This document shows positions 36,351 to 45,865 of a stretch of 64,000 nucleotides of DNA, one piece after another. A program made the position numbers and the translations under genes. The notes beneath the pieces are model-generated. The model had not been told where the DNA came from. It saw only the letters and a list, made by a program, of their open reading frames with translations, and made no database searches. Origin of the DNA: a virus; the IMG/VR virus record IMGVR_UViG_3300035696_000017, positions 50,054 to 114,053 of that record; one strand, written 5' to 3'. Positions within the stretch are counted from its first letter, which is position 1, and each line of letters starts with the position of its first letter.

Positions 36351-36488
36351 TCATACCTCATTGCGTACACCACCCTCGTAACGAGAGACCAATCAGAAGT
36401 GATGGTCGCTCGAACGTTAGATGGCAGCCATGGATAGTATACCATCAGGCGCACAAGGACCGGCGTGGAGTATAGTTTATGCACCAGC

Positions 36489-37283
36489 ATGATCACCGTG
36501 CACATCCCATGTGACGTCAACACGAGACCGTACGCCGAGTACGCAATCAACGCCATGCGAAACCTTGCGCGTGACCCGACACAACTACGATTCGAACACC
36601 ACTCCATCACTCACAAGCACGCTGGCGTCGCCGGGCCCAGCACCGATCACAGCATCGCGGTGCGGGAAGCTCTCAGGTCGATCGAAAACACGCCCTGTGA
36701 CACCCACATCATCTGTGACAGCGACACCGTCGTCGTCCAGCCCGGATGGGACATTACCACCAAGCGACTCCTGGAGGAGTTTGACTGCGTCGGTGGTGCA
36801 TATAAGCCCTTCAACCAGAACACGTGGATCAATGCCTGGCAAGGCAAACCCAGTGTAACATGGCTGGCATTGAGGCCTGGTAAACCCTGGCATCGTTTTG
36901 AGCCGATGCCCCCATTCAAGGAAACTCCGTACGTCAATGACGATGCAGATTCGGAGCTCTGGGGGCTGCCCGTCGGACAGTCGGTTCACTGTGATGTCTG
37001 TTGGAACTTCCCGATCTTCCTACATAACAACCATCTGACGTCGCTAGCGTTCCAGAACACCGGGACGACGGGTGATGAGTGGGTGTTGCCTGATGGCTCG
37101 CCGTTCGTCGTTCACCAGGGCAGGTCGTTGAGCATGTCGTTCCGTGGGACGGAACACTCTCGAACATTTTACGATCGCTGTGACCAGCTACTTGGTCGGG
37201 CGATGGTACAGCTGGCGTTCTGCGATAGCGAACAGCTTGCCGTCGCGCTTGAAGACCCAGACCTGGTCGCGGGTCGGACCTGA
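36489..37283 (+). CDS. putative GT-A-like glycosyltransferase, paralog of 20741..22099
   Basis: HIICDSDTVVV..GWD, GLPVG..V.CDV.W, PFVVHQ. Confidence 0.6.
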   Translation: MITVHIPCDVNTRPYAEYAINAMRNLARDPTQLRFEHHSITHKHAGVAGPSTDHSIAVREALRSIENTPCDTHIICDSDTVVVQPGWDITTKRLLEEFDCVGGAYKPFNQNTWINAWQGKPSVTWLALRPGKPWHRFEPMPPFKETPYVNDDADSELWGLPVGQSVHCDVCWNFPIFLHNNHLTSLAFQNTGTTGDEWVLPDGSPFVVHQGRSLSMSFRGTEHSRTFYDRCDQLLGRAMVQLAFCDSEQLAVALEDPDLVAGRT

Positions 37284-37475
37284 CGGCTTCTTGACGAGCT
37301 CAGCGTCCGAGAAGTAGGTGACCTGGGGCAGCGTGGTGTAACGCCAGGCCCGGGCAGGTTCGCCTTCGAACTTGAAGAGGACCTCACTCCCGCCGCGGAC
37401 GACCCACTCGCCCTCGCCTGACATCCAGGCCTCACGGATGAACTGTCGGACTTGCTCGACGGTCAGCTGGCTCAC
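37188..37475 (-). CDS. hypothetical protein with N-terminal FIRE motif
   Basis: ATAGTTA-N6-GTG; MSQLTVEQVRQFIREAW. Confidence 0.6.
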   Translation of the reverse strand: MSQLTVEQVRQFIREAWMSGEGEWVVRGGSEVLFKFEGEPARAWRYTTLPQVTYFSDAELVKKPSGPTRDQVWVFKRDGKLFAIAERQLYHRPTK

Positions 37476-37950
37476 GCTCAATAACTATCGGGCCCGTACG
37501 CCCACTTGGGGAACTCTTGCCGGCAGCACGCGGGCAGGCGCCACATGTCGCTCAGCATCGGGTAGGTGTCGAGGAGGTGCTCAGTGCCCCCAGCGCCTGA
37601 CCCGCAGGCACTTCGGACACATCCGCAGCTGTCGTCCCTGGCGCAGCCAGCGAACCCACATCAGCCACAGCGTCCGGAACCACGAGCGCTTCCTCACGCC
37701 GGTAACTGGCGCACTGGGTGTTACGGTGTCGAAACATCGTCGAAATTTCTCGATTCCTTCTCGAAGGGCGACGTCCAGGGCATCCAGATCCTGACGGTGA
37801 CGATGATCAGCAAGCCACCGATCCACATCTGTGGGAACTCGACCCGGTATCCCAGTTGGTCGGCCAAGATGAACTTCATGCTGAGGGCCGCGCCCGTCAG
37901 CACCCCCAGGCGCACCAACCAGACAACCATGTTGCCAATTGCCCATCGGA

Positions 37951-38355
37951 TCACAGTGGGCCGCAGCCTTCCTGTTCTGGCAGACCAGCGCCGTCGGGGA
38001 AGAGGTGCTGCATCAGGTTGACGGTGTCGCGGAGGAGCTCGGTCTTGAAGTGGAGCAGGCCCGTCTCCTGGACGTAGTCGACTTCGACCTTGGGCCACTC
38101 GGGCGGGTGTGGGGGCGTCCAGATCACGCAGACCCGGCTCAGCAGGGCGTAGGCACGCCACCGGCGCTCGGGGTCCGGGTCGGTGTCGATGATGGTGTTG
38201 AGGACGTTGACCAGCCGCGCCGTCTGCGGCGGGAAGATGGGTACCTTCGGGTTCTTGGGCGGGCGTTCCTTCTTGCCACGCCAGTCGGTGTCGTACGTCT
38301 GGATGGCGATGCGCTTCTGCTCGCTCTTCGAGATAGCGACCTGCTTCGTCTTCAT
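37951..38355 (-). CDS. hypothetical protein
   Basis: AAAGGA SD, ATGA overlap. Confidence 0.6.
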   Translation of the reverse strand: MKTKQVAISKSEQKRIAIQTYDTDWRGKKERPPKNPKVPIFPPQTARLVNVLNTIIDTDPDPERRWRAYALLSRVCVIWTPPHPPEWPKVEVDYVQETGLLHFKTELLRDTVNLMQHLFPDGAGLPEQEGCGPL

Positions 38356-38573
38356 AGGTCGTCCTTTCCTGTCGGGTCCTTGAGGACGTCGTGGACAAGC
38401 TCACGGGCCTGTTGCATGCGTTCGAGCTCGCTCTGCAGGTTTGCGACGTGGTGGTCTGCAAGCAGCTCGCCCCAGTCCGTGTCCACGATGCGTTTGATGC
38501 AGGCAATGCCCTGATCGAGCCCGTCTTGTGCGGACTTCAGGTTGGTCGCCAGGCGTTGCTGCTTCGTGGCCAT
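38352..38573 (-). CDS. hypothetical protein
   Basis: Class I promoter upstream. Confidence 0.6.
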   Translation of the reverse strand: MATKQQRLATNLKSAQDGLDQGIACIKRIVDTDWGELLADHHVANLQSELERMQQARELVHDVLKDPTGKDDL

Positions 38574-38607
38574 GGCACCATCGTACCACGGGGCGGTGTT
38601 GCTTGCA

Positions 38608-39165
38608 CTAGTAGCAGTATGACAACCCGTCGAGGTTGATTTGCCACCATGCGGCAACTTGAGCGACGGTCGTCTTGTCGGGACAGACGAAGGTGTGTGG
38701 GTACCAACGTGGGTTCATCAAGGTGCCTGCGACGTGTTGTGCTCCGAAGGCGTGTCCCATCTCGTGTTGGAGGATGCCGCTGACATCTTGCTCATACCAG
38801 TTCTTCCGCATCGAGATCTCGAAGCCACCCAGGTGTGACGTCCACGCCAGGGGCCTGTGGTTGGAGGCATCATCCTCGGGAGCGTCAGCAGTCTCATGGA
38901 CCCACAGAGTGCAGACATCGATCCAGGGCTTGCCGTGGTCAACGGCTTCAACGTGGCGCCACTGGTGCAGAGCGTGATCCCACTGGTTCACCGCGTCGTG
39001 GGCTCCGGGCAGCTGCGCGTCGGGTAGGTCGAGGCACACGTAGATGTGACCCTGTTCGTCTGCAGGAACTTCCAACGCGGGTTTGGACCATTGCGGGCCC
39101 ACGCATGCCGGTGTCAGAGCACATGCCAGAACAGACGCGAGAACCAACCCTGCGATCTTCTTCAT
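38608..39165 (-). CDS. secreted/lipoprotein metzincin (matrixin-like) metalloprotease
   Basis: Signal peptide; HEMGHAFGAQH (HExxHxxGxxH) and Met-turn LMNP. Confidence 0.85.
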   Translation of the reverse strand: MKKIAGLVLASVLACALTPACVGPQWSKPALEVPADEQGHIYVCLDLPDAQLPGAHDAVNQWDHALHQWRHVEAVDHGKPWIDVCTLWVHETADAPEDDASNHRPLAWTSHLGGFEISMRKNWYEQDVSGILQHEMGHAFGAQHVAGTLMNPRWYPHTFVCPDKTTVAQVAAWWQINLDGLSYCY

Positions 39166-39200
39166 GGCCGACAGGGAGTACCTATCGGCCCGGACGCGGA

Positions 39201-39836
39201 CTACGAGTTGTGGCGACGAAACGTCAGGGAGACTCGGGTGCCCACACGGGACGGCTCTTCGGGGATGCTGTGGTGGTAATGGGTGTCACAGTTCCCGTAC
39301 ATGACAAAGAGGTCCCCGCTGGCGAGCTGGACGCTGATCGGAGCGCCACCCTTGACCCGCTTGTTGGTGGCGGGATCGGCAGGGTGCAGGAGGAAGGTGC
39401 GGGTGCAGCCGAAGGACAGGGCGGCGATGGTGGGTGTGTTGCCCAGCTGCGGGATGTAGTTGCCGTCCCGGTGCGGGTAGAGGCCCGACGTGGGTTCGTA
39501 GGAGTTGATGACGACGCAGTTGAAGGCGGTGCCCAACGCGAGATCGACCCGCACCAGCGCCTGGCACAGGGCAGGGGTGAAGGGGAACATGGGCTTGGGC
39601 TTGCCCTTGTAGGTGTAGGTAACGCCCGGGGCGCCGAAGCGGGCCATGGTGTGACCCTTGTCCACACGAGCGGGCCAGCCCTTGCTGTACGACAGCTGAG
39701 CCTTCCACCGGTCACACGTTTCGGTGACGATGGCAGCGCCGAGGGCATCGGCGACAGCGGGGGTGAGGAAACCGGGCACGTGGAAAGCACACCCGGGGAT
39801 GGTTTGGACGGCGTTGGGAGGGGTGGTGATGGGCAT
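39201..39836 (-). CDS. AlkB-like 2OG-Fe(II) dioxygenase
   Basis: FNCVVINSY, HRD, IAALSFG, L.SGDLFVM, YHHSIP, RVSLTFR. Confidence 0.9.
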   Translation of the reverse strand: MPITTPPNAVQTIPGCAFHVPGFLTPAVADALGAAIVTETCDRWKAQLSYSKGWPARVDKGHTMARFGAPGVTYTYKGKPKPMFPFTPALCQALVRVDLALGTAFNCVVINSYEPTSGLYPHRDGNYIPQLGNTPTIAALSFGCTRTFLLHPADPATNKRVKGGAPISVQLASGDLFVMYGNCDTHYHHSIPEEPSRVGTRVSLTFRRHNS

Positions 39837-39877
39837 GGTCACCATCCTACCAGGCTTCCCAGCCGACTTGCACTGTC

Positions 39878-40339
39878 TCAGTAGCGATCGCGGTCCGGGT
39901 TGTTCAGTTCCTCGAGCGCCTTCAGGAACTCGGGGCTGGGAGGGCCATCTCCACCCCGTGAACCGTCGTCCATGTTCGGGATGCGGACCGGGTTCGAGGC
40001 AGTCATCCAGTGCTTCTTGTCAGGTCGGTACTCCCAGGGTGCTGTCTCGCGACGACGATCGATGCCGGGGTCGCCTCCCCGAGCGGGAACCAAGCGTTCG
40101 AGCTCCTTGCGCTTGACCTCGGTCTTCAGGCGATCGATCTCGGCCTGGAGCTGCTGGCGCTCGCCGTCAAACGCATCCTTCGGCACCTTCTGGCCGAACA
40201 ACGTCATCACTGCATCGCGGCACTTGTTGAAGAAGTCGAAGACCTGTCTGGAGTCGATGTCATCACCGAAGCGAACGCCACGAGCGTCCTCGGGAGGGAC
40301 ATCGGTCTCACGGACGCTGAAGTCAATGCGGAGCTTCAC
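39878..40339 (-). CDS. hypothetical protein sharing its N-terminal domain with the bL12-fusion gene
   Basis: LRIDF.V.E...VRFGDD....V.DFF.KC. Confidence 0.65.
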   Translation of the reverse strand: MKLRIDFSVRETDVPPEDARGVRFGDDIDSRQVFDFFNKCRDAVMTLFGQKVPKDAFDGERQQLQAEIDRLKTEVKRKELERLVPARGGDPGIDRRRETAPWEYRPDKKHWMTASNPVRIPNMDDGSRGGDGPPSPEFLKALEELNNPDRDRY

Positions 40340-40542
40340 TTTTTCCTCGCGCTGTTGAACGCCCTGGCGTGGTACTGGATGCGGTAGGCACCGCAGACGA
40401 CGACGAGCTGTTGGAACCAGTAGTGGAAGATGGGAGGGCGCCCGTGCTTCCACCAGTCCCCCGCGGCGTAACCGAAGACGATGCCGGTGACGACGATGAG
40501 GACCAATGTCCACACCAGGTGGTAGCGGGCGAGCTTCGTCAT
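40336..40542 (-). CDS. small membrane protein
   Basis: Two hydrophobic segments; ATGA overlaps. Confidence 0.55.
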   Translation of the reverse strand: MTKLARYHLVWTLVLIVVTGIVFGYAAGDWWKHGRPPIFHYWFQQLVVVCGAYRIQYHARAFNSARKK

Positions 40543-40790
40543 TCCCAGGGCCTCTTCACCTTGAGCTTCGTCGCGGGCCTGATGACCTCGGTGATGATGA
40601 TCTTGCCCCTGCTTCTCGGGTGGGGCCACACCAGGTATGACAGGCGGGCGACCAACAACGACAGGACGAGGATCAACGCGATGACGGGAAGCGTCAACCC
40701 GTCGCCCCTCCTGACCCAGACGCAGTAGGCCGCCAGCGCTGCCCCGATCGTGTTGAGGGCATGGTGGAGCCAGTTGGGGATCTTTCTCAT
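40539..40790 (-). CDS. small membrane protein
   Basis: [10 protein letters not shown], two TM segments. Confidence 0.55.
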   Translation of the reverse strand: MRKIPNWLHHALNTIGAALAAYCVWVRRGDGLTLPVIALILVLSLLVARLSYLVWPHPRSRGKIIITEVIRPATKLKVKRPWE

Positions 40791-40996
40791 GGCAACCTGT
40801 CCAGCCGGCGACGGCGGCGCCAGGCGTTGAAGCGGAGCCGCAGGTCGTTGTAGAGGACGTAGAGGTTCCAGCCGACGAACAGCACGCACAGGAGGGTGCT
40901 GACGCTGAAGCGCCCGCGGGTCTCCCACAGAGAGTTCAACATCCACGTGGTGAAGCCGACGATCAGGACATAGTGCAACCAACGGGGCATCTTCAT
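40787..40996 (-). CDS. small membrane protein
   Basis: MKMPRWLHY, two TM segments. Confidence 0.55.
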   Translation of the reverse strand: MKMPRWLHYVLIVGFTTWMLNSLWETRGRFSVSTLLCVLFVGWNLYVLYNDLRLRFNAWRRRRRLDRLP

Positions 40997-41463
40997 GCGG
41001 GCCTCCGGTACGTGGCGATGGGAGCGAGGGCGATGCCGCCCTGTCCCCGGCGGTCTCCCGGGGTGGAGATGGTGCGGACCTCGACCTTGGCCCCAGCATC
41101 GGACATCATCCGGAGCGCGTGCTGCAACGAGTAGCTGTCCTCGGTGACCAGGACCGGAGTGCCCGACGGGGCCTCGACGATGTCCTTGGCTTCCTTCAAC
41201 CCGTGGCCCGTCAGCTCACGGACCACCTTGATGAGGGCGATCTTGTTGGGCCCATGGTCGACCAGACACAGGACGGTGCTGCCCTGGCGGAACATCAGGC
41301 CCATGGCGTTGCCGCAGCGGTCGAAGAAGTCCCGAACGTGTGGGATGGGCACGTCGTCCCCGAACCTGATGTAGCGTAGGTCGTCGGTGGGAGTGCCGTC
41401 ATCGGCCACCTCTTGGACGATGAAGTCGATCCTGAGGTGGGTCTTGCGAGCTTCTTCTGTCAC
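40993..41463 (-). CDS. ribosomal protein bL12 (L7/L12) C-terminal-domain fusion
   Basis: [28 protein letters not shown]...AGAKVEV. Confidence 0.85.
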   Translation of the reverse strand: MTEEARKTHLRIDFIVQEVADDGTPTDDLRYIRFGDDVPIPHVRDFFDRCGNAMGLMFRQGSTVLCLVDHGPNKIALIKVVRELTGHGLKEAKDIVEAPSGTPVLVTEDSYSLQHALRMMSDAGAKVEVRTISTPGDRRGQGGIALAPIATYRRPA

Positions 41464-41807
41464 GCCAGTATCTCCTCGCCGCGGACGTGCTCCAACAACT
41501 CTATCCCCTTGTGGCTGATGCGAACAAGGTCGGTACCGGCGTGGCCCTCGCAGCAGAACTCAACGAGGCCCAGGCGCTTCAGGGCCCGCACCGTGGCGAG
41601 CTTGACGTGCCGGTTGTAGCGCATGTAGGTCCAGCCCTTGTTCCATCCCCTCTTGGTCGCGCGGGCGATCGCTTTCTGCCGGATCGCTGTCTCGGCCAGG
41701 TGCTCGAGGACGGCGTACCCGTGCTTGGTGCACAGGTTCAGGCACTGCTCGAGGGTGAACTCGGTGGTGGGGTGGGCGACTGGGACGCCGACGATGCCCG
41801 GGATCAT
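41460..41807 (-). CDS. winged-helix-like hypothetical protein
   Basis: [13 protein letters not shown]...ISHKG.ELL. Confidence 0.55.
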   Translation of the reverse strand: MIPGIVGVPVAHPTTEFTLEQCLNLCTKHGYAVLEHLAETAIRQKAIARATKRGWNKGWTYMRYNRHVKLATVRALKRLGLVEFCCEGHAGTDLVRISHKGIELLEHVRGEEILA

Positions 41808-42058
41808 GCTTCCTTCTCCTCGCCGGCAGTGAAGCCGACGCCCTTCTCTTTCCACGACGGGTGACGAAGTTCGATGAGAGCTTCGAGCATGACGCCGCCC
41901 AGAGCACGCATCGAGAGCTCGCTGAACCGTTTCGGCTCGGCGGTGTACGGGTAGACGCTGACGACGCGGTCACCGGGTTGGAGCTTGCTCTTGAGCGCCC
42001 TCTCCAGGTTGCTAGGGTTCCCGACGTGGACGATGAGGTAACGAGGTGAGTCTTCCAT
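41804..42058 (-). CDS. hypothetical protein
   Basis: Operon packing. Confidence 0.5.
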   Translation of the reverse strand: MEDSPRYLIVHVGNPSNLERALKSKLQPGDRVVSVYPYTAEPKRFSELSMRALGGVMLEALIELRHPSWKEKGVGFTAGEEKEA

Positions 42059-42282
42059 CACGGCTGCCTCGGAGCGGGCTCGGCACACAGGCACTGGTGA
42101 TCGAGGAGGCGGCTGACCTGGCCGTTGGGGCAGGTGATCTTGCTGCAGTCCTTCTCGTTGGAGTCGGCGACAGTGTAGGCGATCACCGCAACGATGACGA
42201 TGAAGATGACACCGAACCAACCACCGGGGCCGAAGATGATGGCGTCGTCCGTCACGTTGTTTGCATCATCCCAATCGAACAT
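42058..42282 (-). CDS. small membrane protein with Cys-rich tail
   Basis: GGAGG SD; TM helix. Confidence 0.55.
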   Translation of the reverse strand: MFDWDDANNVTDDAIIFGPGGWFGVIFIVIVAVIAYTVADSNEKDCSKITCPNGQVSRLLDHQCLCAEPAPRQP

Positions 42283-42284
42283 GG

Positions 42285-42896
42285 TCAAACCTCCGGGGGC
42301 CGGCAACGCCACGGCAACCGCGCCGGGCACTCAGACGGGACGTCGAGCTCAGCCAGCGCTGACATGCCCTCGCTGCGGGCACAGACCAGCTGGAAGCCGG
42401 CGCTCTTGAAGAAGGTGTCGGACCGCCCGTTCCAGGGGGAAGCGGTGATGCGACCGATGCCGAGCCGGTGGGAGAGGCGGGTGGCTTCGTTGACGAGCAA
42501 CGCACCCAGGCCACGCTTGCGCCAGGCGGGCGAGGTGTAGACGGCGATGCGGAAGGTGGGAGCGTACCGGGAGGGCTCTGGTCGGAGCAAGCACCAAGCG
42601 ACCGGGCCCCGGTGCTGCGAGCCCTGAGGCCAGACGGTGATGACCCACCAGTCGGTGGCGTTGGCGACCCCGATGTTGTAGTCGTCGATGAGCTCCCGCA
42701 TCAAGCTGCCAGCGTTGGCGCCCACGTCGGTGAGGTCCCCACGCTCGCCCGAGTTGGTCAGGCGGTTGCGGAGGTCGAGGATGAGCTGCTTGGGAAGCGC
42801 ATGCCACGGCTCGGCCTCCAGCCGGAGGGAGACCGGCAGGGGCGGGGGCACGCTTCGAGGACGCTCAGGTGAGGCAGGAAAACTCGCCAGGGCCAT
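42285..42896 (-). CDS. GNAT family acetyltransferase
   Basis: VYTSPAWRKRGLGALLV, N..S..FFKSAGF; class I promoter 42903-42932. Confidence 0.8.
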   Translation of the reverse strand: MALASFPASPERPRSVPPPLPVSLRLEAEPWHALPKQLILDLRNRLTNSGERGDLTDVGANAGSLMRELIDDYNIGVANATDWWVITVWPQGSQHRGPVAWCLLRPEPSRYAPTFRIAVYTSPAWRKRGLGALLVNEATRLSHRLGIGRITASPWNGRSDTFFKSAGFQLVCARSEGMSALAELDVPSECPARLPWRCRPPEV

Positions 42897-42928
42897 GATA
42901 GCAGTGTACCACGGCCTGGCTCACGCTT

Positions 42929-43198
42929 TCACTGCTTCTTCTTGCCCTTCTCGGGCTTGTCCTGTGGCTTGGCCATCTCACGGATCTCGACGGTGAATCG
43001 CTGGTACGAGCTGCCGTCCTTCAAGAAGGCCTTGACCCGTGCAACGTCCTCGTCGGTCTTGGTGGCGACCATCAGGCCGAAAGCGCCGCCGCCCATCCGG
43101 GCAGCGACGGGGAGACCGAGAGCCTTCTCCAACGACTGTCGGGCTTCGCTGAGCTTGCCGATGGTCGCTGTCGACGTCCCGCCAGAACGGGTGGCCAT
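42929..43198 (-). CDS. hypothetical protein
   Basis: Stop lies in the GTGAAA -35 box of the next promoter. Confidence 0.6.
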   Translation of the reverse strand: MATRSGGTSTATIGKLSEARQSLEKALGLPVAARMGGGAFGLMVATKTDEDVARVKAFLKDGSSYQRFTVEIREMAKPQDKPEKGKKKQ

Positions 43199-43494
43199 CA
43201 GAGGCCCCCCTTGGGAGACGATCTCTTGAGGATGAACATGTCCTCGTTGACTGCCATCGGGTTGCCGCCCTTGTCGAGGCGTTCCGTCAGGTAGTCGCTG
43301 AGGCCCGTTGCGGCGCCGTTCCAGGCAACGAGCTTGTCGGCCAGCTGCGCGTCGAGCGGGCGGATGCGGTCAGCGATCTCGCTGGCGGTCATCGACTCGA
43401 CGCCGTCGACCGAGAACGAGATGGTGCGGGGCAGGTAGCGGTGGAGGCACTCGGCGATGAAGCGGAGCTGCTCCTTCGAGAGGGGGTTGCTCAC
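43198..43494 (-). CDS. hypothetical helical protein
   Basis: D..LA...DYL..RL motif shared with 44317. Confidence 0.6.
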   Translation of the reverse strand: MSNPLSKEQLRFIAECLHRYLPRTISFSVDGVESMTASEIADRIRPLDAQLADKLVAWNGAATGLSDYLTERLDKGGNPMAVNEDMFILKRSSPKGGL

Positions 43495-43497
43495 GGT

Positions 43498-43764
43498 TCA
43501 GCCCCCGGTCTTCGTCGACGCCAGGAACTCGCCCTTGGTGGCGCAGTACTCGCCGAACTCACGCATGCTGGTCATGATGGCCTCGAACTTGGTGGCCATC
43601 ACGGTGTCGAACTTGCGGATCTCGGCGACCATCAGCGGGCCCTCCTTGACCAGCAGCTGGAAGTCGCCATGGGGGTCAGCCATGTCCTGGATGACTTCCG
43701 TCACCATCTCCTGGAAGTCTTCCTTGGTCAGCTCGGGACGCTCGAACTCGCGGGTGTTGCTCAT
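43498..43764 (-). CDS. hypothetical helical protein
   Basis: GAGGT SD before ATG 43764. Confidence 0.6.
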   Translation of the reverse strand: MSNTREFERPELTKEDFQEMVTEVIQDMADPHGDFQLLVKEGPLMVAEIRKFDTVMATKFEAIMTSMREFGEYCATKGEFLASTKTGG

Positions 43765-43823
43765 GTGGGTTACCTCTCCACCGAGCATCATATCCCACGG
43801 GTGCACGTTGGTCAACGGTTCCA

Positions 43824-44138
43824 TCAGCGGCCCGACAGGTTCTTGTCCTTGCCCTCGGGCTTGCCACCGCCACCCTTCTTGACGCGGGTGCGGGTGCGGC
43901 CGATGCACTGCGGGTTCTTGGCGAAGTTGGCGCGCTTGTTGTGCATCCAGTCCTGGACCTGGATGACGGTGACGTCGTCCTTCTGGCTGCGGAGCCAGGC
44001 CTTCAGCGAGAGCTTCGAGGCCGACTTGTGCCACTTGGTGATGAGGGACCGGCGGGCCGAGGCATGGGGCGTCGGGGGCACGCGCTTGCTGGGCTGCTTG
44101 GTCGAGGCGTAGTGGGACTTGGACTCGGGCACGGTCAC
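43824..44138 (-). CDS. basic hypothetical protein
   Basis: AAGGAG SD. Confidence 0.55.
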   Translation of the reverse strand: MTVPESKSHYASTKQPSKRVPPTPHASARRSLITKWHKSASKLSLKAWLRSQKDDVTVIQVQDWMHNKRANFAKNPQCIGRTRTRVKKGGGGKPEGKDKNLSGR

Positions 44139-44316
44139 TTCTCCTTCTTGGTCGTCTTGACGAACACGGGCTCGGGCCCGTTGAGCTTGGGGTCATCCTT
44201 GCACGTGCTGCACAGGTGACGCGGATCGAGTTGGACTGCGACTGCCATGCAGCAGTGGTTGCTGCACAGCGGGGCACAAGCGGGTCGGCCGGTCGTCATG
44301 AGACCAGTCTACCCCG

Positions 44317-44568
44317 TCAGCCCGGTTGCTTGCACTCCAGGCGGGCGTTGAGGTAGTCGAGGATGCGCTGGCTGTTCTTGCCGCGTTCCTCGATGCCCTG
44401 CTTCAGGAGGACGGCGAGGCCCGGGTCGTGGGCAGCGAGGCGGTCCAGGGCCCGGTTGGAGTTGTCTCGCACGAGCTGCGCGGACTTGACGTTGTTCTTG
44501 GCGGTGAGGATGATGTTCCCCAGCATCGCCCGGAAGGCTTCGTTGGTCATCTTATCGACGTCGGACAT
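44317..44568 (-). CDS. hypothetical helical protein
   Basis: GAGGT SD. Confidence 0.6.
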   Translation of the reverse strand: MSDVDKMTNEAFRAMLGNIILTAKNNVKSAQLVRDNSNRALDRLAAHDPGLAVLLKQGIEERGKNSQRILDYLNARLECKQPG

Positions 44569-44847
44569 GGTCACCTCAAATTACAGCACCAGATGCTGAA
44601 GGACAACCCCCAAGCAAACGACGCAGAGAAAAAGCGGGGGCCACCAGAGGCGAAGGCGGGCCATCACGGCACCTCCATCTGGTGGAACTGCTGCATGTCG
44701 AGGCCCTCCTCGATGCGAGCCATGTAACCGGCCCACAGGACGACCAGGGCGGCAGCGCTGGCAAGGACCAGGAGGACAACGAGCCCATCATGGACGATGC
44801 GTTTCAGCATGGAGTGGGTTGTCTCTCAGCAAAATGGGAGGACGGCA

Positions 44848-45060
44848 TCAGCGTTTCTTCTCGAGGCGGATGCGGCACTCCTGCCGCAGGTCGGGGTTCT
44901 TGATGAACTCACACTCGGACTTCAGGTTGCCGTCGAGGGCTCGGCACATGTGGCGCGCGTCTGCATCGTGCAGGACGCTGCAGTCGGCGCCGTGCGCGAT
45001 CCTCGCGAGGCCAAAGGCGCCGCAACAGAAGAGGAGGATGACCACCGACGCTCGCTCCAT
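44848..45060 (-). CDS. small secreted Cys-rich protein
   Basis: Signal peptide; C..I...D.R..C repeats. Confidence 0.55.
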   Translation of the reverse strand: MERASVVILLFCCGAFGLARIAHGADCSVLHDADARHMCRALDGNLKSECEFIKNPDLRQECRIRLEKKR

Positions 45061-45070
45061 GTTCCCCACC

Positions 45071-45364
45071 CTACACCTGAGCGCGGCGGGCTTTCACCCG
45101 TTTGGGCGGCCGGCCGAAGGCAGCCCTTGCCCCGAGCTCGAGGGGATCCTGCTGCCAGGGCAGCCACATCATGTAGACGAGGCCGTCCCAGAGCCCGATG
45201 CAGGTGCCGACCCGCGGGCGGATGCCGTTGCCCTCCGGGCGCATGGCGACGAAGGCACCGGGGACCAACGACCGGGAACCATCGGGGGCGACGATGTCGC
45301 ACCGGCGCGGGGACTCGAAGTAGCCGTCGATGATCCGGTGGGTCTTGAACTCGATGTCAGCCAT
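45071..45364 (-). CDS. small SH3/KOW-like protein
   Basis: LVPGAFVA...VGTCIG...MMW. Confidence 0.5.
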   Translation of the reverse strand: MADIEFKTHRIIDGYFESPRRCDIVAPDGSRSLVPGAFVAMRPEGNGIRPRVGTCIGLWDGLVYMMWLPWQQDPLELGARAAFGRPPKRVKARRAQV

Positions 45365-45827
45365 CGTTGTGGAAGACGAGGTGGCGGTGGGTGGGGGCCT
45401 GAAAGAAGGGCTTGTTCATCAGCATGTAGACGACCCAGCGCCAGCGCTTGGGCCGGGTCAACAGGTTGCGGACGTGCTTGAAGAAGGGGGTCCTGACCCA
45501 GCGCCAGTCGACAGCGAGGCCGTGCTCGACCAGGTACGCCTCGAAAGCCCGGCGGTCCTCATCCAAATAGAGGGCCTGCGAGACGACCAGCGTCGCGCTG
45601 TCGCACTGCTGCGCGTGCTCGACGACAGCGCGGCTGAGGACCTGCACGAACTCCCGGATGACCCCGCGTGGGATGGGCTTGAAGCGGCCCGACCTGTCCA
45701 GCAGCTCGTGGGTGACGACGCTGTCGCCCTCGAAGAAGCAGAAGCCGCGGTCCCCAGCGTACCTCTCGGCGCACCAGGACTTGCCGGAACCCATCTCACC
45801 GAAGAAGACAACGACGCGTTGGGCCAT
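45357..45827 (-). CDS. P-loop kinase (AAA_33/gluconokinase-like)
   Basis: FFGEMGSGKS, FFEGD, LVVSQALY. Confidence 0.75.
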   Translation of the reverse strand: MAQRVVVFFGEMGSGKSWCAERYAGDRGFCFFEGDSVVTHELLDRSGRFKPIPRGVIREFVQVLSRAVVEHAQQCDSATLVVSQALYLDEDRRAFEAYLVEHGLAVDWRWVRTPFFKHVRNLLTRPKRWRWVVYMLMNKPFFQAPTHRHLVFHNDG

Positions 45828-45865
45828 GGTGGGCTGCTCCCCTCAGACGGGTGTGAGGCAGTGCC

